Positions 26,417 to 39,142 of a stretch of 64,000 bases of DNA are shown in pieces. Made by a program: the position numbers and the translations under genes. The stretch comes from Octopus vulgaris. Its lineage: Eukaryota. Under the pieces are notes generated by a model that saw only the letters and a program-made list of their open reading frames with translations, did not search any database and was not told where the DNA came from. Where the stretch lies: the NCBI GenBank assembly GCA_951406725.2, contig OX597839.1, positions 23,746,001 to 23,810,000 on the forward strand. The letters run 5' to 3'. Each line of letters starts with the position of its first letter. The first letter of the stretch is position 1.

Positions 26417-26465
26417 CACGTGCATCACTATAAAACCAGGCGCGGACACACACAATCTTAATACA
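26417..26465 (+). promoter_or_regulatory. Core promoter of the neuropeptide gene (E-box + TATA box)
   Basis: CACGTG at 26417-26422 and TATAAAA at 26429-26435, about 390 bp upstream of the ATG in unique sequence; expected TSS near 26460. Confidence 0.6.
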
Positions 26466-26826
26466 AAACTGACAGCAACTCAATCTACACACACACATAC
26501 ATACACACATATATATATATATATGCATATATATAAGCACATATACACACACAAAAACCTACACGAACCCACCTATACATAGCTATATATATATACCTAC
26601 GCCTGTTCTTATAACAGTGACACACATCGTCTGCATTCATAGAACTCTGAGACTTGCTAACAAACCAGGCAGCAGAAGAATTTACTCACAAACTCAAACG
26701 GTTGCGCTTAAGTATTTCTATACATAAGGAGAAACAGACAGGCTTGAATCAAAGCCACCACATCCATTTTTAAAATCATTTCATCGAATTAAAATAGCGC
26801 CACCGCCAAAAGCAGACCTTCGCACC

Positions 26827-26908
26827 ATGAAGTCTTCGTGTATTTGTCTGGTTCTTCTTCTCACTCTCTGCGTTTACCAATCAAGTGCCAACTATTATGG
26901 TAAAAGAG
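26827..26908 (+). CDS. Neuropeptide precursor (NdWFamide-like, NYYamide), coding exon 1: signal peptide + NYY-GKR
   Basis: GCACCATGA Kozak context; translates MKSSCICLVLLLTLCVYQSSA-NYY-GKR-(G). Basic N-terminus, hydrophobic core, S-x-A cleavage site, Gly amide donor plus KR; ends at consensus donor G|GTAAGT (26909-26914), phase 1. Confidence 0.9.
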
Positions 26909-27076
26909 GTAAGTTGGGCTTTGTTCTTCCTCTTCAAAAGACGTGACCCCTACATTCCTATTTTGCTTTTGTTTTTTGTTTTTTTTTTAAGAGCTAAACT
27001 AATGCCCCTTTCGATAAGTCTTGTCCCTCTTCTTTGGTCTCATATTCTCTTTCTTCCTTTCTTCTGGCTATTACTT

Positions 27077-27197
<121 letters not shown>

Positions 27198-27226
27198 TAT
27201 ATATATATATATAAGTATATATATAG

Positions 27227-27257
<31 letters not shown>

Positions 27258-27457
27258 CACATACACATATACATATATATATATATACATACACACACAC
27301 ACATATACATATGGATACATGGATATATATATATATATAAACATACACACATTATATATATGCATATATTGTTTAAAACAGTTTGATTCAATTCATGATA
27401 TATATATATATACATACATACATATACATACACACAGAGGGAGAGAGAAAGAGATAC

Positions 27458-27523
<66 letters not shown>

Positions 27524-27541
27524 TTTATATATACTCTATAC

Positions 27542-27727
27542 TCTTTTACTTGTTTCAGTCATTTGACTGCGGCCATGCTGGAGCACCGCCTTTAGTCGAG
27601 CAAATCGACCCCGGGACTTATTCTTTGTAAGCCCAGTACTTATTCTATCGGTCTCTTTTGCCAAACCGCTAAGTGACGAGGACGTAAACACACCCGCATT
27701 GGTTGTCAAGCAATGCTAGGGGGACAA

Positions 27728-27782
<55 letters not shown>

Positions 27783-27948
27783 TACAACAGGCTTCTTTCA
27801 GTTTCCGTCTACCAAATTCACTCACAAGGCATTGGTCGGCCCGGGGCTATAGCAGAAGACAGTTGCCCAAGATGCCACGCAGTGGGACTGAACCCGCAAC
27901 CATGTGGTTGGTTAGCAAGCTACTTACCACACAGCCACTCCTGCGCCT
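27542..27948 (-). mobile_element. SINE family A copy (intronic)
   Basis: Full length, high identity to 28775-29192. Confidence 0.85.
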
Positions 27949-28356
27949 ATATATCTATATAGATAGATAGATATACATATATTGTTTAAAACATTTTAAT
28001 TCGGTTCCATGCTACTTCAAGTTTCACAGGCCCTTAACAGGAGCCCCACACCATCAGGATTCTGGAATGCCTGAAGCCTCAAGAGGTCGGGCTACCATTA
28101 GAACCCTGTGAAACTTGTAAGTAACACAGAACCAACTCAAAATGTTTGAAATAATAATACATATAACTCCTGCTAAATGTATTGAGAACCCTCTTCTTTT
28201 TCATTTGTCCATTCACTCATGTGTGTGTACATATATATATATATATATATACACACACATATATACATATGTGTATATATATATATACACACACACACAT
28301 TTATATATATATACATATACCTATACATACATATATATCTATATATATATATGTAC

Positions 28357-28391
<35 letters not shown>

Positions 28392-28505
28392 TATATACAT
28401 ATGTGTATATATATATACATATGTGTATATATATATACACACACACACATTTATATATATACATATACCTATACCTATACATACATATATATATATATAT
28501 ATATA

Positions 28506-28537
<32 letters not shown>

Positions 28538-28774
28538 AATGCACACACATGCAGATACGCACATACGAGAAAAACTAGTACTGAAATCCCAAAGGTAAAG
28601 CAAAATACTATTTTATCAAAGCCCAAAAGAAACTTGAGATATATAAAGTTTCGGATATTGGCCTTTATCGTAAGTGCCAATGCAGGAAACATTTGACTCT
28701 TGGGTCACTCTATAAATTCTACCAATTATTATTTTAAAAAAACGTATATATACTCTTTTTTTCTTTTTACTCCT

Positions 28775-28971
28775 TTTAATTGTTTCAGTCATTTGACTGC
28801 GGCCATGCTGGAGCACCGCCTTTAGTCGAGCAACTCGACCCCGGGACTTATTCTTTGTAAGCCCAGTACTTATTCTATCGGTCTCTTTTGCCGAACCGCT
28901 AAGTGACGAGGACGTAAACACACCAGCATCGGTTGTCAAGCAATGCTAGGGGGACAAACACAGACACACAA

Positions 28972-29026
<55 letters not shown>

Positions 29027-29192
29027 TACGACAGGCTTCTTTCAGTTTCCGTCTACCAAATCCACTCACAAGGCATTGGTCGGCCCGGGGCTATAGCAGA
29101 AGACACTTGCCCAAGATGCCGCGCAGTGGGACTGAACCTGGAACCATGTGCTTGGTTAGCAAGCTACTTACCACACAGCCACTCCTGCGCCT
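28775..29192 (-). mobile_element. SINE family A copy (intronic)
   Basis: Full length. Confidence 0.85.
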
Positions 29193-29637
29193 ATATATTC
29201 ACATTTTGAGTTTTATTTTCCTGTTCATATCACTAAACCTATATATATATGTTTAGAGAAAGATGGTTATGGCTGGTTCATGGGGTTACCCCGGCTCTGG
29301 GGTCCATAAAGACATGTATAGCTAAGAGTTTTGTAGATGTGAAACCCAGGGTAACCTCATTGACAGGCCATAACTATATCTAAATACTCTACTGCTCTAT
29401 ATCTTAAAGTGTGCTTCCCTTTCGGATTTATGATTTGACAATACACACACTCACATATATATATACATATACACATATCCCTATATATACTTAATATAGA
29501 AAATTTGTTACAGTGCTCGAATAATTTGAACTTAATCTCCGAAGCACTTATTGAGGGTAAGGTCCACAGGGTAAAAAGTGGCTATATGAGAAATGCATAT
29601 AGAGCTATCTATTTATCATTGTGTATCTATCTATCTA

Positions 29638-29692
<55 letters not shown>

Positions 29693-29812
29693 TGGCCTGC
29701 TCGCTTAGCCAGTTGGGTGGCGTCATTTGAAGGCTAAAACAATGCGAAGCACATTGTGACCAGCGATGTGTAGCAACATCTGATAGCCTGGTCGGTCACG
29801 GTGATCAAGGTG

Positions 29813-29870
<58 letters not shown>

Positions 29871-31193
29871 ATGATATATGTGTGTATGTATATGTAGACA
29901 GATAGACAGACAGACAGAAAGATAGATAGATATGTATTTGTGTCCCCTAAACTGCCAGAATCAAAACAATGACTGTAGTTTGAATTAAACAGTCTCTACT
30001 CTATGTGTGTGTGTGTGTGTTTGTGAGTGAGTGTGTGTCTGTGTTTGTCACCACACCATCACTTGACAACTAATGTTGGGGTGTTTACATCCCTGTAATT
30101 TAGTGGTTTAGCAAAAGAGACTGATAGAATAAGTACTAGGCTTACAAAGATTGAGTCCTGGGGTCAATTTGTTCAACTAAAGGCAGTGCTCCAGCATGGC
30201 CTCAGTCAAATGACTGAAACAAATAAAAGAATAAAGGAGTATGTATTGTACACATTGTATTAACTTCACACACACACACACACACACACATCCAAATTGA
30301 GGGAATGGGGTAGGTAAAATTCAGTCTACATATGTTTACTAACTAGCAGAACCTCGGAAGTAATAATTACTCAATGAAGGGTACTACCCTAGCTGCTCAT
30401 CAGGAGCTAGTGGAGTACCCCTTATTTGGGTAATTATATAACAAGGTGCTGCTAGTTATGAAACATATGTAGCCTGTATTTTACCTACCCCAATTCCCTA
30501 ATTTGGGGTTCTTATTCACATACACAGCAACCTCAGCTGATAACGGTAAACCATAAAATAACTTTTTCCAGCTTATCAAACTTTGATACAGAAAAGAATT
30601 TACAACCTTCTATGTCAATAAACCCCTCCTTGTTCCTGAAAGTTGTTTTTTTATACCTTTTATGAACTCTTTGAACCTTACTAACTTCCTACATCTTGAT
30701 CCTTGGATCTTGCCTTTACATGAACGCCATGTTGGATCGTTAGCCCCTACACGCAATTTTTTTCTCTCCTTGTTTTTTTTCTGTGTATCTTTCTGTCGAA
30801 GAGCGTAGGCTCAAAACGTAAAAGACTTGTTTTATTTCTATTCCTGAGCGCCATACTAATACATTGTTTGTTTGTACTCCACCTGCCTTCGTCTTTTGTT
30901 TATTTTCGTAAACCTTCCCGTCATATATATATATATATATATATATATGGAAATCACCTGCACAATTAAGAGCTTAATAGGTGCAAAACTAATAGTCACT
31001 CTCTGACCAGCTATAAATCCCAACACATTTTTTTCTCTCTCCATTTTTTCCTCCTATCCCTTTCTGTTGAAGAGCTTACGCTCAAAACATCATTTATCCC
31101 GAGCATCAAACTAATAGACTTGCTTGTTGTTCTTTCACCTTTCTCTCTATGTCTCTCTCTCTCTCTCTCTCTCTTGTTTTCTGTACATTTAGA

Positions 31194-31234
<41 letters not shown>

Positions 31235-32808
31235 GATATATTTATATACATATATATATATATATAGATATATTTATATACATATATATATATACATATA
31301 TATATAAATATATAAATACAAATAGATATATATATATACACACACACACACACATATATATACACACATATGTATATATACATATTTATATACATATTTA
31401 TATATATATATATATATACACACATATCTTTTTTTTTCTTTTCTTTTACCTGTTTCAGTCATTTGACTGAGGCCATGCTGGAGCTCTGCCTTTAGTCAAG
31501 CAACTCGACCCCAGGACTTATTCTTTGTAAGCCTAATACTTATTCTATCGGTCTCTTTTGCCAAACTGTTAAGTTATGAGGATGCAAACACACCAACATC
31601 AGTTGTCAAGCAATGCTGGGGAACAAACACAGACACGCAAACACACAAACACACACACACACACACACACATATACGACAGGCTTCTTTCAGTTTCTGTC
31701 TACCAAATCCTCTCACAAGGCTTTGGTTGACCTGAGACTATAGTAGAAAACACTTGCCCAAAGTGCCACGCAGTGGGACTGAACCCAGAACCATGTGCTG
31801 AGCAGTGTTTGGGGTCTGAAGACATGCCGTATGGCTAAATCCCTATGAGTGATAAACCCAGGGAAACAAAAACAACTTCGTACTTTTCCATCTATATGCT
31901 GTATGGGAAGGTAATGTGGCATCTTCTATGTAGATGCTCATGATGTTAGAGACAACAGCTAAAATATTTTCAATTAGCATGGTCTTAAAAATGTAGATGA
32001 TGCATCCTTAAATATAATTAAGCATTTTTGAGCATGGTTGATGCCAGTCCCTGCAGACTGGCTCCCATGCCAGGGGCACGTAAAATGCAATATATGAACG
32101 GGTTCAATGTCAGTGCCGCCTGACCAGCTCCTGTGACAGAGACACATAAAAAGCACACACTACACTCTCGGGGTGGTTGGCATTAGGAAAGGCATCCAAC
32201 TGTAAAAACCTTACCAGATCAGATTGGTGCCTAGTGCAGCCTCCTGGCTTGGCAGTCCTCAGTTAAACTATCTGACCCATGTCAGCATGGAAAGCGGAAA
32301 TTAAACGATGATGATGCTGACGATGAATTCTAAAAGAAAATTTTGAAAGTCATGGTTGGAAGCAACTTCAATCTTAGGTATACTCAGTCAGTGTTAACAC
32401 GGAGGTAAACAACAACAGCTTGATCAATTCTTTGAGATATGGTCTGTTTTTAAAATTCCATTTCTTTTGTCTTTGATTCAAAGACCAACTTACCATAATT
32501 CCAGCTTTTTAGGCGGAGGCAGGTGGAAGAGGAACAGACATGGGTGTGTGATTAAGGAGTTTGCTTCACAAACCCCGTGGTCCTGGGTACAATTCCACAG
32601 TGAAGCATCTTTAGCAAGTGTCTTCAACTATAGGCTCGGTCTGACCAATACGTTGTGAATCAAAGTGGTAGATGGAAACTGTACTGAAACCTGACACATC
32701 TGCTAGCTATTAACTCTTTGTCCTTGTCTGCTTCTCTTTTCCTCTCTCTCTCGACATACCTACCTTCCTACTTACCTATCTACCTACCTACCAAGCTATC
32801 AATCTATT

Positions 32809-32839
<31 letters not shown>

Positions 32840-33708
32840 GTGTGTAACTTTGTCCCCCTACCATTGCTTGACAACCAATGCTGGTGTGTTTATGTCCCCA
32901 TAACTTAGCAGTTCAGCAAAAGAGACCAATAGAATAAGTATTGAGCTTACAAAGAATAAGCCCTGGGGTCGGTTTCTTTGACTAACGCCCTTTAAGGCAG
33001 TGCTCCAGCATGGCCACAATCAAATGACTGAAACGTGTCTAGAATAAAAGAATATATATACATAGATAGATAATGAGAAGGTGCATGGTTTAATGGCTAG
33101 AGTATTCAGCTTACGATCATAAGGTTATGGGTTCAATCCCCACTGGGGTGTGGTGTCCTTGAGCAAGACACTTCATTTCACATTGCTCCAGTTCACTCAG
33201 TTTGCAAAAATGAGTTGTACCAGTAATTCAAAGCCTTGTCTCATTCTGTGTCTTGCTGAATCTCCCTGAGAACTACTGTGGAGTACTCAACCACTTGCAT
33301 GTTAATTTCTCGAGCAGGCTGTTCCATTGATCGGATCAACTGGAGCACTTCTTGTCGTAACCGGTGGAGTGCCAGGGTGTTTTGTGACGGTGAATGACCT
33401 TGTGGTCAGAGTATTCTGCTCATGACCCTAAAGTCATGGGTTCAATTCCAAGCGACGCATTGTGTCCGCGACACACTTTATTTCCCCTTACTCCTGTCCA
33501 CTCATCTGGCAAGAATGATTTGTACCTGTAATTCCAAAGGGGCCAGCCTTGTCTCATTCTGTGTCAGGCTGAATCTCCCTCAGAACTACATTAAGGGTAC
33601 ACGTGTCTGTGGAGTACTCAACCACTTGCATGTTAATTTCATGAGCAGGCTGTTCCTTTGATCAAATCAACTGGAACACACACCGTTGTAACTGGAGAGT
33701 CTGGCCTT

Positions 33709-33749
<41 letters not shown>

Positions 33750-34254
33750 CTGTCTGTGTGTCTTTAAGCCTTTACACTGATGCCATTTGAAAGGAAAACG
33801 GTTTCCCCCTTTTTTTGTATCTCATAATTTTGTGGTTCAACAGAGATTACTAAAAAGTACAACTTAAATACTGAGGTTCATAATATTAGCTAAAATCCTC
33901 CACAGCAGTGCTCCAGCATGGCCGTAGTCGAATGACTGAAACAGATAAAAGAATAAACCCTCATTTTCAATGATTCTCTAAGGAACCGGTTGCACCTTTT
34001 TTCTTCCTTCCTTTTTTCTCGGATTGGTGTCTTCTTATGTTCAGCAATTCTTTCTTCATTTTTGCTTGTTTTGGCCAGCTGGAGCACTGCTTTCACTGAG
34101 GTACCAGTCCCTCACCTTAACAGTTTATATGGGTCCATTTTTTAGGAGCTAAAAATCTAATCCTAACCCCTAAAATTTAAAGGCGACAAACAGTTTGCTC
34201 TTTAATTTGCTGTTTATTCCTTGACCAAGCCACAGAATGAATCTCTATGTGCTT

Positions 34255-34700
34255 GTTAGAAATAGCAGCCAAATCTCCTTCAAGTCACAATTTATGAATG
34301 AGGCAGCCTCAACATGGTCGATAATTATGCTAGAAATAACACCCAAATCTCCTTCAAGTCACAATCTATCAATGAGTGAGCCTCTACATAGTTGATAATC
34401 ATGCTAGAAATAGCAGCCAAATCCCCTTCAAGTCACAATCTATGACTGAAGGAGCCTCTACATGGTCTATTATAATGCTAGAAATAGCAGCCAAATCTCC
34501 TTCAAGTCACAATTTTTGAATGAGGGAGCCTCAACATGGTCGATAATTACACTAAAAATAACACCCAAATCTCCTTCAAGTGAGCCTCTACATAGTCAAT
34601 AATCATGCTAAAAATAGCAGCCAAATCTCCTTCAAGTCACAATCTATGAATTAGGGAGCCTCTACATGGTCGATAATCATACCAGAAATAGCAATTAAAT
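34255..34700. repeat. Minisatellite, about 75-bp unit, about 6 copies
   Basis: Unit GCTAGAAATAGCAGCCAAATCTCCTTCAAGTCACAAT...GAGCCTCTACATGGTCGATAAT. Confidence 0.85.
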
Positions 34701-36029
34701 TACTTCCAATTAAAACAGTTTTGGAAAAAGTACAGAAGACAATAAATAATATCTTGTATTTCTAAACTGACTTGATGGTCATGCTTGGAACCATCTTTGA
34801 TGATTGATTCATTCAGTCGGTGCTAACGTGAGACTGGACAACAATGAAATGGGAAGAACACATTAGACCAAGTCCTAGATGTACAGAATGACCAAATGTC
34901 CAAGCATCTGCCCGGTCAGGATTTGTCCAGAGTAAAACAACAATAATTAGTGAGGACAGCATTAATCAGCAGCCAATTAGCCATCACATACACACAAACA
35001 CACACACATATGCATACGCACTCACCACAAAATATCCTGTACACAGGCACCCACTCCATAGGACATGAATGGCTAGAAGGACTTTACTTCTGACAACTGG
35101 AAAATAGGACTGTTATCCTGGTTTAACGTAATTAACCATTAATCCTAACGATTTAGCATTTTATTATCCATAACCAGCTGCTGTATTCTTATTCTTCTTC
35201 TTATTATTATTATTAAGGCAGTGAACTGGCAGAACCATTAGCACATCAGGCGAAATGCCAAGCAGTATTTCGTCTGCCGTTACGTTGTGAGTTCAATTTC
35301 CTCCAAGGTCAACTTTGCCTTTCCTTCTTTCGGGGTTGAATAATTAAGTACCAGTTGAACACCAGGGATCGATATGTAGTCAACAAGCCCCCTACCTTCA
35401 AATTTCAGGCCTTCTGCCTACAGTAGAAAGAATTATTATTGTTGCTGTAGTTGTTATCATCATCATCATCGTTTAACGGCCACTTCCCATGCTGGCATGG
35501 GTTGGACGTGTCTGACTGAGGACTAGCAAGCCAGGAGGCTGCACTGGGCTCCAATCTGATCTGGCAATGTTTCTACAGCTTGATGCCCTTCCTAATGCCA
35601 ACCACTCCAAGAGTGTAGTGGGTGCTTTCTACATGCCACTGGCACAGGAGCCAATCAGGTGGCACTGGCAATGATCACACTTGAATCCTGCTTTTCACAT
35701 TCCACTGGCACAGGGGCCAGTCAAGCAGCACTGCCTTTGACCAAGCTCGAATGGTGCTTTTTTACATGCCAAGTTACTATTATTTCCTGATCTCCAGACT
35801 TGTTAGTACGCTGGGTGAAATGTTTGGTGGTATTTTGCCTGCCTTTATGAGCAGAGCTCAAATTCTGCCATAGTTGACTTTACTTTTCACCTTCTCGTGG
35901 TTGAAAAAGCAAGTACCGGTTAACTACTGGGGTACATATATATTGAATTCTAACACCAGGTTTTTCTATGCAAAATATTTATATTAAATGATGATGATGA
36001 TATGTGCATGTATGTGTGTGTATATATAG

Positions 36030-36074
<45 letters not shown>

Positions 36075-36626
36075 CATTCATATACATGTCTATACTTATA
36101 TACATACATATTCCTATATATATATAGATATATAAAACATAGTAAATAGGGTAATAAAAATAAATTCTTATTACCAGTGACCTAGCACAAAAGACGAATT
36201 AGTCATTAGACTATACGTTATTCATATATAAATACATTAAAAGGCTTCCAAATAAAGAAGCAAGTGCTAGATACACAAGGAGGGGATAAATTCATGAATT
36301 GAAAATTAAAAACGTTTACCATCTCAGCTGAGATGATAAACGTTTTTATTTTCTTTCCATTTCATGAATTTATCCCCCTCCTTGTGTATCTAGCACTTGC
36401 TTCTTTATTTGGAAGCCTTTTAATGTATTTATATATAGATATATGTATGTATATATGTGCGTGTGTGTATATATATATATAGGTTTATATATATAAACCC
36501 CAGTTTATCTAATTACCTTACACTTGAATATTAAATATAATATACAAAACTTATTGTAATAGCTAATAAACCAGTATATTCATAAGATTTGATCCCTTAA
36601 TGAGGTATTTAACCTTTAATTGAACT

Positions 36627-36665
<39 letters not shown>

Positions 36666-36829
36666 CATTTCAGTGCAGCATCATAGGTAACCCCCAAACT
36701 TCTCAAATAAGCAACAAACCACAGACATGAATCACGAACAATAACTCTCAGAATATCAGTAATTAATTTCTCCTTTATCTGAGTAATTAGCATGCACCTG
36801 AGCATGCACCTGTAATTGTCATTATTAAA

Positions 36830-38668
36830 CTGTTTTTTGGAACATAAATTAACTTGTGATTTTGATGGAAGATTTTAATTCAGATGAATTTTAATCCACT
36901 GCTTTTGTTTCAATTAATTCTGAGAATAACGAAGAATTTAGTAAAATAATTTAGTCATTATGAAGTTGGTGCTTGAAACAAAATAGCAAAAAATTCTTAT
37001 GAAAGGTTTTAATTGGGATCACTTCAACCCTTTTGTTATTATTTCTGGCTTTGTTTCAATTAATTTTGAAAATAACGTAGAATTTAGTCAAAAAACTTTG
37101 TCATGATTCTGCTAGTGCTAGAAACAAAAAAAAATTTGATGGAAGGTTTTTAACCCTTTAGCATTTAAACTGGCCATATCCGGCCAAAAGTATTCTGCCT
37201 GTTTTATGTTCAAACTGGCCAGATCTGGTCTCTCACACCAACCCTACAATATCGTTTTAAAAATTAACAGCTACCTCATCAAAATCTCATAGCTACAAGA
37301 TAATGCATGATTAGTTCAAAACAATGTGGATGAAAAAGCATTCATTTTGGCAGAATAATACAAACACTAAAGGGTTAAAGACCTTTTTAAGACAGGCAGT
37401 TTGTATCATAAAACCAGGGGCTGTTTCAAGTGACTTCATATCAAAAGGGTTAACTCTTTTGTTCCTTTAATTTAATTCTGGAAATAAGGACAAATTTAGT
37501 AAAATAATCCTGACAGTATTAACATGGTGTGAGGCAGCAAGCTGGCAGAGTTGTTAGCATGCCGGGGAAAATGCTTAGCATTTCATCCATTGCACGATCT
37601 GAGTTCAAATTCCACTGGGGTTGACTTTGCTTTTCATCCTTTTGGGGCCGTTAAATCTAGTACCAGTGAAACACTGGGGTCAATGAAATCAACTAGTCTC
37701 CTCCCCCTCCAGATTTCAAGCCTCATGCCTTTATCCGAAAGGATTACGAATCTGGTGTATGGAACATAAATGAACATGAAATTCTAATGGAAGGTTTTAA
37801 TTTATTTCACTTCAACCCTTTCGCTACCATATTTCTGTTGAAATAATGAAGAATTTGGTAGAATAACATAATTGTTATTAAACTGGCTTTTGAAACATAA
37901 ATTAAGATGAAATTTTAATTGAAGGTTTTAATCTAGATCGCTTCAACCCTTTTGTTACCATATTTCTGTTGAAAAGAACGAAGAATTTGGTAGAATAACT
38001 TTGTCCCTTCTTTTGGCTTGATGCTCGGGTGCAACCTGCGATCAAAGCTTCGGTTGCATGCATTAAGCTCTAGAATTGCCCCAGTTATCAATTCTCCTCC
38101 TCAGGAATATGGTCTTGAGGATTAGGACCAGTTCTTGAGCCATTTGTGGTTTCACCATTCGTTTATGGCATGAACTTGCCCTTGCCTGGCTTAAACTTTG
38201 AGACAAGGAGATGTATGGCTGCTGACTTAATCCTTCTTAATCAGGTGTTTGGAATATAAATTAAGATTAGATTTTAATGGAAGGTTTTAGTTTAGATCAC
38301 TTTAACCCTTTTGTTACCATATTTCTGTTGAAATACACAGCTTTTGTTTGATTTAATTTTGGAAATAAGGAAAAATTTCGTAAAATGGTTTTGTCATTAT
38401 TAATCCGGTGTTTGGAAAAATGAAATTTTGATAAAGGATTTAATTTTGATCACTTTTATTTCCATATTTGTGTTGAAATACACAAACCTTATTTCAATTA
38501 ATTTTGGAAATAATGAAAAACCTTGTAAAATAATTTTGTATTATCAAATAAACAAATAAACAAAAAATAAACAAAAAATTTTGATGCAAAGTTTTTAAGA
38601 TCCCTTAAAAACGAAGTTTGTCACAGAATCAAGAGTAGGTCATGGGTGGATTGGCATTAAAAGGGTCA
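36830..38668. mobile_element. Cluster of degenerate TTAA-type MITE copies
   Basis: Repeated AACCCTTTTGTTACCATATTTCTGTTGAAA...GAAGGTTTTAATTTAGATCAC units; the same family occurs at 41812-42339, 44780-45010, 47660-47950. Confidence 0.65.
37154..37374. mobile_element. piggyBac-type MITE nested in another TTAA MITE
   Basis: TTAA TSD (37150-37153, 37375-37378); TIR CCCTTTAG/CTAAAGGG. Confidence 0.8.
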
Positions 38669-39142
38669 AAGGCATAAATATCACCATTTATTTACCTGTT
38701 GCTGTTGTTCTTCTTCAGCCCCACTCTCCATGGGGACAAAAAAAAAAAACCACATCTCATCATTTCAAATGTCTTTCTTCTCTCTCATTAACAATCAATT
38801 GGCTGTCATTAACCTGATTAACATGATTAACATTTGTATAGTGTTAGTCTATGTCTAATTAGTATACATCCAATTACGTCTTACCGTTAATTACAAACCA
38901 TCACTTTAGAAAACATGAAAGTTTAAACGAGACTTTTTATCGTCTGCCGCTTCTCTGTCTCTCTCGTTTCCCCCCTCCCTTTGTCTTCTTACTCTTTTCC
39001 TCCCTCTCTCTCTCTCTCTAGTCTGGTCTGTCTCTCGTTTTCTCTCCCTTTGTCTTCTTTCTCTCTTCCTCCCCCTCTCTCTCTCTCTCTTGTCTCCTTC
39101 TCCGTCTCTCTCGTTTTCCCTCCCTTTCTCTCTCCCGTTTAC

